DNA of 64,000 nucleotides from Raillietiella orientalis (Eukaryota): NCBI GenBank assembly GCA_036172245.1, contig JAYWIR010000089.1, positions 62,001 to 126,000 of the forward strand, read 5' to 3'. Shown piece by piece: positions 56,123 to 64,000 of this stretch (position 1 is its first letter; each line of letters starts with the position of its first letter). The notes under the pieces were generated by a model. It saw only the letters and a program-made list of their open reading frames with translations, ran no database searches and was not told where the DNA came from. The position numbers and the translations under genes were made by a program.

Positions 56123-57970
56123 CTAATGCTTCGCTTTCCTCAGCTTCTTCTGACGGGGAGACCTTTCGCGTCTCACCGTCGAGGAAGCTGGCTTCTCACT
56201 CCTGGCATCGCTCTCCATGCCGGTGTGGTCTGTGGACTCCCAGTCCGTCTCCATTGTGCGTTCTGCCCTGGCGATCGCCTTGCGCGGAAGTGTCTCGAGG
56301 GAGACCTTCGCGCAGTACGCCGCTTTCACTTCGAAAAGCTGGTTCTCTAGCTTTTCGCGCTCTTCTTGGATCACCAGGGTGTTGATTCCCTGTTGGGTTT
56401 CATTGATGCGAGTCAGGAGTTGCTCCTGCTGCACCTCACTTTTCTCCCTCTCCACTTCTTCCGCAAGCTCCACCTCCTCGGTGAGCTGCACCGCCTCCTG
56501 CGATCTCGGAACGGTTTCGGTGATTTCCATCACCTCGCCTTCCGGCACACCCTGCTTCTCGCCAACCTGCTCTACTTCGGCCTTCTCGCCAACCTGCTCG
56601 CCAACCTGCCCCTCGACCTGCGCAGCAGAGGATTCTTGCTCCTTGACGAGCATCCTCCTCTTGCCGCCCTTCCCCACTGTGGTGAAGCCGTCCGCCGGAA
56701 CTGGGGCTGCCTCCTTTGCCTTCCTCTGCTTCATCGCCCTTTGAGGTTTGATTACCTCCTTCAACACCCGTGTCCTAACTGGGGATTGACCCCGCATCGT
56801 TCTGTAGTTTGCAAACTCCGGGCAGCACCACTTTGCATGCCCCGGAGACTTGCAGAACGACGAACACACCTCCGGCATGCTGCAATCCTGCACCTGCTGG
56901 CCCTGCTTCCCACAGCGGAAGCACTTGGCCCTCAGGCAGACTCGCTGCCTGTGTCCAAAGGTTTTGCAGCCGTTGCAGAAAACTGGCTGCGCCCTATATC
57001 GAACGGGGACTCCCATGTCGTCCCCGTCGAAGTAAATCATCCCAGGAATCTGGGCTTCCTCCTTCAACTTCATCTTCACCGTCGCCTCCCCCGAAAAGAT
57101 CTTTCCCGATATATTGTGGAAGTTGCTGTCCAGTACCTCGCCGTACTGCGACAGTTTCCACCACACAGCCCTTTGGGTGACGAACGGCCCGAGTCCGCTC
57201 AGGAATAGGGTGGTGTACGGCATTTCGCCGACGCCACACACTATCCTGCCCTGGATGTTGATCCCTTTTTCAATTAGGGATTCCCTTATTTCTTCACAGT
57301 CGGTGTACACTGTGAATCCCGAGGTGTTCGGGACGATCGCCTGCAGGGGGTCAAAGTCCACTTGCTGTTTGTAGAGAGCCAGGTATACCTCTTTGATGTT
57401 GCTCATTTTTATAAGTCCAGTCTTGAACGTGACCGTCTTCACGTTCGGTCCTAGTTTAATTATGGGCTCGTCGATGTCTCGTATCGGCCTAGACTCTGGC
57501 TTCCCGAATTTCCTCTGCGGCTGGGTGGTCGCCGTCCCAGCCTCCACCTCCGCATAGGAAAAAGCTGCCGCCGCTGCCGGTGGCAGCCCCACGGTCGCAG
57601 CCACCGCGCAAGATGGCGTCGCGTCACTAGCAACGGTGCGACCTACGGGCCCTCCCGTCGCTCCGGCGACCACCGTCTCCGGGGGAGCCGCCGCCGCCAC
57701 CGCCATCGTCGTCTCCACCAATTCCATAGGAGTCGCGCCGGAAGAAACACACGATTGCCCCACCTCCATGGGCTGTGGCTTCTCCGTGTCTCCCATCCAC
57801 CGCTGCTCTTGCATCTTGACGGGGTGCTGCTGCACCGCCGCCAGGGAGGATCGCGAGTCCTCCACCTTGGACTCCCTTTCGCTGCTTCTGCTGCTGCAGT
57901 CGCTGTGGGACGTCCTTGGTTGCGCACTCACTGTCTTTTCACTCAGCACTTGCCCTCTCGGGGCGCACAA
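56123..57970 (-). CDS. LINE ORF1 (RRM-like + three zinc knuckles); first ATG at 57814
   Basis: TTLFLSGLGPFV..LSQYGEV; CNGCKTFGHRQRVC, CFRCGKQGQQVQDC, CSSFCKSPGHAKWCC; Glu-rich coiled coil; ends 15 nt before the ORF2 ATG. Confidence 0.9.
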   Translation of the reverse strand: MCAPRGQVLSEKTVSAQPRTSHSDCSSRSSERESKVEDSRSSLAAVQQHPVKMQEQRWMGDTEKPQPMEVGQSCVSSGATPMELVETTMAVAAAAPPETVVAGATGGPVGRTVASDATPSCAVAATVGLPPAAAAAFSYAEVEAGTATTQPQRKFGKPESRPIRDIDEPIIKLGPNVKTVTFKTGLIKMSNIKEVYLALYKQQVDFDPLQAIVPNTSGFTVYTDCEEIRESLIEKGINIQGRIVCGVGEMPYTTLFLSGLGPFVTQRAVWWKLSQYGEVLDSNFHNISGKIFSGEATVKMKLKEEAQIPGMIYFDGDDMGVPVRYRAQPVFCNGCKTFGHRQRVCLRAKCFRCGKQGQQVQDCSMPEVCSSFCKSPGHAKWCCPEFANYRTMRGQSPVRTRVLKEVIKPQRAMKQRKAKEAAPVPADGFTTVGKGGKRRMLVKEQESSAAQVEGQVGEQVGEKAEVEQVGEKQGVPEGEVMEITETVPRSQEAVQLTEEVELAEEVEREKSEVQQEQLLTRINETQQGINTLVIQEEREKLENQLFEVKAAYCAKVSLETLPRKAIARAERTMETDWESTDHTGMESDARSEKPASSTVRRERSPRQKKLRKAKH

Positions 57971-58141
57971 AAATTGCCGCGGCAGTGATGCTACTCACTG
58001 CCTTGACGGGGTATTGGGAAAAGTTTTCAACTAGCAATAATAACGGCTCAGTCGCCTTTTTTTACCAGGTATTTTTTACGCCGAGCTTTGAGAAAATTTC
58101 ATTTTTTTTCCACGGAAGTAACTCGTTCTTTGACTTTGACT

Positions 58142-58360
58142 ATAGTTTTATCCTGAAAGGACACCTGAATTTCAGTCCCTTCGTCGGCGAGAACTCAGTC
58201 CGGGAATGACGGATTTCTGGAAAGCGTTGAACACCGTGGACCTCCAAATACTGCCCAGATTTTGGGAAAAGTGGTCTTTCCGGAATACTTGAAGGACTGC
58301 GGAAACGAATCTTCAAGGTGAGTACTGCAAGATTATCAACAGCGGCCATGATGAAAGGTG
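58142..58360 (+). mobile_element. Old L1/Tx1-like ORF2 remnant, continuation after the insertion
   Basis: Across frameshifts: TDFWKALNTVDLQIL..LGKVVFPEY..EYCKIINSG aligns with TDREKAFDSIDHGMLLKILDKLGLPEY..QYCRIKIN of the inserted element. Confidence 0.6.
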
Positions 58361-61300
58361 ATGTATAAGAGAAGCTTTCTCCTGCCCGGGAACACAGCGG
58401 GTAGCCGCCCCTTCAGATATCCCACTCCTTTTTTTATCCACGTGTACACCCACGTCTAGCTTTGGGGATTCCTCTCATTTGATTCATGGGAGGAACGGAC
58501 TCTACTGTCAACAGGAATAGGAGGGAGGTGGATTTAGCCGGGATGGATCCGCGTGAGCATCTCCATGAGGAGGCATTGCAAGTACGTTAAGGATTCCTTG
58601 TCCGCTCTCGACACTGACGAAGAGCGGAGACAATGTCTTTATAAGTCCGGGCTAACCCTTAGCTTGTAGCTTCGAGCAAGATCCAGTTTATCCTACTTAT
58701 TGTCTTTTTGAACAACCTTGCGGTTTCGCTATGCGGCGCTTGTGTTTCGTTCGTGCGTTCCCCTTCGAAACAAAGCAGTAGGCTCTGTGCGAGCTCATTA
58801 ACACTCTTGGAGAGCTAGTCGGGCCCAGCATCCGCCCCGAAGACTTGCATCTCGGTGTCGCAATGCTGGCGTAGGCATTATCACGTTGGAGAGAATCGGC
58901 CTGCAAGAACTGACCCGAATGTTCGCATTTGCGACAAGCTGTTATCTTTCTGGAGTTGTGCGAGTGCAGGCATTTTTCCACGAAGATGCATCTGCAAAAG
59001 TGAACCGTTCTTCTTCCTGTGGTGTATTCACTACGAAATAAGGAACTACGGAATCCAACTTCCCCTGTAAACAATTCCCTACACAACTGGAAGCCCACTC
59101 TTCGGATCTGCTGCAGCCTAAGAAACCCCAATGCCTCGCAGCAAAATGCAGTTCAATGCTGTGTTGCATTCTGAGGACCGATTCCGAAAGACCTTCATCC
59201 TTTCGACATCCTTGCCAGCTACCACAAGTCAGGATGCGGCGCTCCCTGACTTCGGGACAACAGGAAAGAGAAGCGTACAGACTCCTAGGAAGTGTTTTGT
59301 TCCGTGGCGTGAATCAGGAACAACTTGGTGGCTGGAAGACGCAAAACTATTGAATGCTTCCACTGCGCGTGCTTTTTTTCTCAGAACTTTTATGATGAAG
59401 CGAATGAAAGTCTGTTGCTGCTGGAGAACTACTGGCCCCTTCCCGCTGTGTGGACAGTTCACTGCTCCTGCTCCCCTGTAAGCATGCATTACTCCTTTTT
59501 CCACCTCAGGGGATCACAGAAGAACGAGAGATGGCATTTAATTACCGGAGGGGTTTCATTTTTGAAATGCGGACCTCGCATTTGTTCTTGAATTGAAGAA
59601 ACATCTAGAATTTCTTCGGAGGAGACAACAGCACTTTTGCATTAGGATGGCGCTGTGTGAGACATGTCGAGCAGGCTGTTCGCACCCTGGGGCCTCCCTA
59701 TGGGTGAAGTCAGTACAACTGTGGGTTGCATCCTTGCCATCGTTGGGTCTCTACTGCTACTGCAAACCTCCGCGCTGCTTAGGGAGGTCATGACATGTAG
59801 TGTCAAACTGCGCAAAATGTGTTGCAAAGTGATCGTATCAGAAAGCGGGTGCAAAGAAGGAAGTCTGCCGCATGTATTCCTGGTTTATGGCGATTTAAAA
59901 ACAAAGTACTTGCGATCGCCGTCGTGCCTTTCCCTGAGTTTCTTGTATTTCTGCTTTCACATTCCCATCTGCTCTCACTCTACATCGGAAGAGATGGCAT
60001 CTGGCTAGTCTACCACTCCTCGCCGCACGGTTCGTCCTCCAAAGAAGAACATGGAACCAAAAAGCAACAGATGACTCCATCCAGGGTCATTGGCAGACAT
60101 CCGAATGGTCGCAAGACGACACCAGTAGTAACGGGAAGTTGCTCGAAGTGATGTCGCTCTTCAAGAAGGAAGATACGATTGTTAGGAGCCATTCAAATCG
60201 TTAAGTGCAACACAAAAATGATCCCACAATGTCCTGCAAGGTGCAGGTCACTCAGTTCATGATTGGAAAATGCACAATGATCCCGTCGATCTTCTTGGTT
60301 CATGCGTGCCCAAAAGGTATCTTGAGAACAGAACTTGCAAGACAAAGTAGGACAGAATGTTTTCATAACATATGTTACTTGATAGTTTTCATATCGACGA
60401 TCCTATTAAAGACAATAGGAGATATTGGAAATCAAGTAAGGATGACACCTGAAACTGAGGATCCCAATTGGTCTGGAAGCTAAACCCACACGAGTAAGTA
60501 GAACTAGAATGGTCTCAATGGACAGCGTTTCGAAAACCGTGTGGCTTTTCACTCCACACGCAGCACCTCCCGTTTTTCAGAGTGTACATTCGTTCATGTC
60601 AATTCCGATGGCAACCTAGTGTAATCAGCTGCTCTCCGGCAGAATATTCCGAAACTCGAGATGTTGTCGATTCTTCGCCTTTCTTTGACAGCGAGTATTC
60701 AGACTGTCCACTCGAAGTTGCCGGTTGGTGCACCAATCCGCCGAATCCGATGAGCACTCTTTGGGCGTTGACTTACAATCAAACTAGCAGAAAGGAGAGT
60801 GGAAATTATCGCTGGACTCATCCAAAGAAGTTTCATCACGCAAATCTTCCTTCCCATTCTTTCCTAGCATTGTCTGGGGTCTCGAATGCACAAGAAAACT
60901 TCTCCCCAAACACGAAAACAGAATGTCCTCACAACAGATGTCATGCAGATTCGTTGGCTTAGCAATTTCCACATGCAATGCAAGCAACTAACCACAGATG
61001 CATGCATCTCGAAATGGTTGATTTACTTCCATTGGAGATTCCAAAATCAAAACATGCGTGATTTCGGCAGATGCCAACCACATTTTTGATTGTGTAGTTG
61101 CTTAGTGTGGAAGATTTATTCTCAGAGAACTCCCCGAAAACATTCTCTTTCCATCTGTTACGAAGAAACGGGAGTTAACCACATTCGCGAGAACTCGGCA
61201 TCTGTTTAATTTGGCGCTTGTAACATCGTACGCCTTGCACTTTTGGAGTTACGTTCCTGCCTGGCAAGCAGCGTGAGCTCTTCCGACTTTACAAATGAGA

Positions 61301-64000
61301 GAGAGATATTCTGAAATCTCAATCAGATATAAGCGAAACAGCATTTGGAAATCAGGCAAAAAAGGAAGAACATGAATGCGGAAAGGAAAGTTTCGAGTAA
61401 GTCCTAATGTTGCGCCCACATCCGCAATGCCTCCTTATTTCCAAACTTCTACATTAGTTACTGTTTATGGGAAAACCAAGTAAGATAAACGACTGAGGGG
61501 AAGACAACGAGAACCAATGTAAGAGTGATTGAGGACTTGGGATCCATACAGCTCATCAATTGAGATCATCTGGAAAGTCATTATTGCGTACTTCTAATTC
61601 AGGAATGGCATAATCGAAGAAGCCAGGGGTGCCAAGATTTCAGAACATCGTGCTATTGTGGCGTATAAAGTCCAATTCTAAGAAAAGGTTGACGTGCTCC
61701 ACGATCGCAACCCACGCAGCTTCCAAGTGTTGCTTCACCAAGTATTCTGCAGACCGCGCTTATCGGAAGTATATAAATGAACACCGGCACGTAGTCCTGG
61801 GAAACATTCCCTTGGTTTCCACATGTTAGTAGCGGTGCAGAAACGCAAAATTAGCGCAGATTCCTCCGTTGCTGCTTGAAAAGAGCTTCATGACAACGAT
61901 TACCATTACTCAAAAAACTCTGCTGCAGAAGAAGATTGCCGCAAACCAACATCACCTAATTGATTTTCCTGTCCGATGAATCTGGAAATTAAAAATTTGC
62001 GCTTCGAAGTATGAAACGCGGATGCGCAGCGTCATTTATCATTCAAATCTTCAGGATACAAATTTTATAACATACCCTTCCAAGTATGTTCAGGCGCAAC
62101 ACGTGGTTGCGGCTGTTTGGAAGCATTTTCCACTGCCGGCCCGCAGATCGGTGAAATCCCTGCTCTTGGCGATGAGGAAGGGTAAATCCTCTTCCCTACC
62201 AAGAAGAAATTAAAGAAAGACAAGAAGGGAGGGAGACGTTTTTGTCGGAATGGACGGAAGGAAAGCGACCACCGTTCGCCTCGATTAGTTTTCTGCATGC
62301 GATTCTGAATGCGCACAAGTGCTGATCAAAAGGTCCCTTAACGGCGCCATCGGAATGCGTTCCTCATGTTGATTGCAGAGCAGTGAATGAGGTTCCGGCT
62401 GTTTTCCAGCCGGGTGTGCAGAAGCGTATATTCGAAAACTATCCCACAAAAGGAGCTCCCTGCGGAGGGTACCAAAGAACGAAAGAAGGGAGACTTAATA
62501 TGAAGATCGAAAAAACTGAAAGTGCAAAACGGGCAGGAAGGGATAGCAAATGAGTATATGAAAAATAGAAATAAAAGAATTGGGGTGTTGCGAACAGGGA
62601 ACCTTGCCATAGGACATTTCTTTGTTCTAAACGGACGTTGGAAGTCGGATATCTGCATGCAAACGTCCTCTCGAAGAAGAAGCCACCTGGCAGATATCGT
62701 CATGTTCTCGTCGTCTGAGCTGTTGGCCTTTTGCTAAACTGCCTACGATTCCATCCGACAGCAGCAGGTGAGGATGGTGAGCATGCAAGAGATCGTTGCG
62801 ATCACTGCACCTAACGATACGCCGCCTGACGCGAAAAAGAAGAGCATTAATATCCTTGCGGTGTTCCTTTGGTGAAAGAGCGTTGCATTCACCTTCCGCC
62901 ACAGTCCTTGTAGGACACCGCAGTCCAAGATCGCTGCGGGTGGTTTTCAGCTTTTCCGTGCCGTCCACAATTCGCAGAAGGAATTTCGCCAGACAGGTTG
63001 TTTCGGCACTTGAGATGGAAGCTCCAGCACACTAGCAAGAGCAGGTCCTGTGTCCTATGCAAGATGGGCACTAAAGTGATCGCGAACGAAGTTGAGACCG
63101 CAAGTTCTTCCCCAGCAACACAAAGGAATTCCCCGAAGCGGACCTCTAGCAATATTGACAAGCGTGGCGCCGTCTGCAGGCTCCCTCGTCCCCCAGCAGC
63201 ATTTGAGTATGGTTGCGCCTGCAATCGCGCACGCAACCTTCCACCTTGCCGGTAGGCTACAATCCTTTCTTGCCCTTCGGAAAGACAACGCAGCGAAGAG
63301 GAACGTGGCCGCTCGATAGGTCGACTGGCTTCGCATCCAATCATCCAATGTAGGATCAAGGAGATGGTACATGTGACTCCTATCGATCAGAGACAGGATA
63401 TGAAGCGTTGTCCAGGAATATAAGGCTTCCTGCCGCCAGGCGTTGAAGTAGGTAGAGCAGCAGGAGATCCAAATGTGAGCTCACACGTGTCCGTAGAGTA
63501 GCCTCAAAGGAAATCAAAAATTACTCGTGGCGCTTTCGGCGTGTGGAAGTAATGAAAAAAGTCCGTCGGTTCCGGTGCTGCACCGCAGTACAAGGCGCAC
63601 GGGAGCACCAGGCTCTCGTCCAAAGTTCAGCACAAAGTGCAGAACGGAGCATGCACAAGGTCCCACTTGAATGTTGCGATCATGGAACTGGTATCCCAAC
63701 GCGAAGACCCGAATTTCTTGAGGTGGATTGTCGCTGATCCTCACGTAGCTTTACCCAACAGGAGAACTGCTTGGACTTTGACATAGTTTGAAGGCGAGCA
63801 AGCAAAACGAGCAGAGTGAAGAAAGGGCTATAAAGAAGTTCGAAACAGAGGCATGCTTGGACAGGGCAAACCGCCAGCTTGGACTGGGTCCGAGACACCT
63901 GCTGACTTTCGAAGGAAGTCTCATCACACTTGCATTGGAATAATGTCATCAGGCACAGCGTAAGTGTATTACAACCAACTGTGGACGAAATGCCCTGACG

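Larger units (their letters stand above)
52443..58141 (-). mobile_element. Near full-length L1/Tx1-clade non-LTR retrotransposon (about 5.7 kb)
   Basis: ORF1 + ORF2 (APE-RT-CCHC), 3' UTR with AATAAA (52484-52489 on minus) and an A14 tail (T-run 52443-52456). The 5' end at about 58140 is inferred from where the host LINE resumes; no clear TSD. Confidence 0.92.

Noticed and set aside
54801..57208. Long + strand ORFs (329, 280 and 175 aa), and similarly the 303-aa minus ORF at 34656-35567
   Set aside because: Antisense shadows of GC-rich LINE and PMCA coding sequence.
63300..63470. Minus-strand LIFLDNASY and ..RPIE resembling an IS630/Tc1 DDE core
   Set aside because: Motifs are short, in different frames, and unsupported by TIRs.
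1..64000. CRISPR arrays, tRNA/rRNA, SL1 or U2 genes, prokaryotic operons
   Set aside because: None recognisable by eye; the sequence is spliceosomal-intron eukaryotic DNA. tRNAscan-SE or Infernal would be needed to exclude ncRNAs formally.

Overview
Eukaryotic, animal DNA with compact introns and TTTCAG/TTTTAG-type acceptors (invertebrate; nematode-like, but the taxon cannot be fixed from sequence alone). The left 26 kb holds one multi-exon + strand gene that the ORF track misses. I assembled it by hand: 40 tandem, highly divergent Cys-rich modules, each on its own phase-1/phase-1 exon, followed by an EGF exon, a transmembrane exon and a likely cytoplasmic-tail exon. This gives a type I membrane protein of roughly 1,450-1,500 aa whose 5' end was not found. 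The region from about 27 to 58 kb is a graveyard of mostly retro-derived sequence: decayed LINE fragments, an intronless PMCA Ca2+-ATPase pseudogene, a histone H3 pseudogene, a NeSL/Utopia-type non-LTR remnant, and a near full-length L1/Tx1-type LINE inserted antisense into an older related LINE. Within it lies an intact, intronless 361-aa ORF whose motifs resemble the putative nucleocapsid (segment-2) protein of qinviruses, i.e. a candidate endogenous RNA-virus gene with a host splice acceptor just upstream. All family assignments come from motif recognition by eye; no database searches were run.
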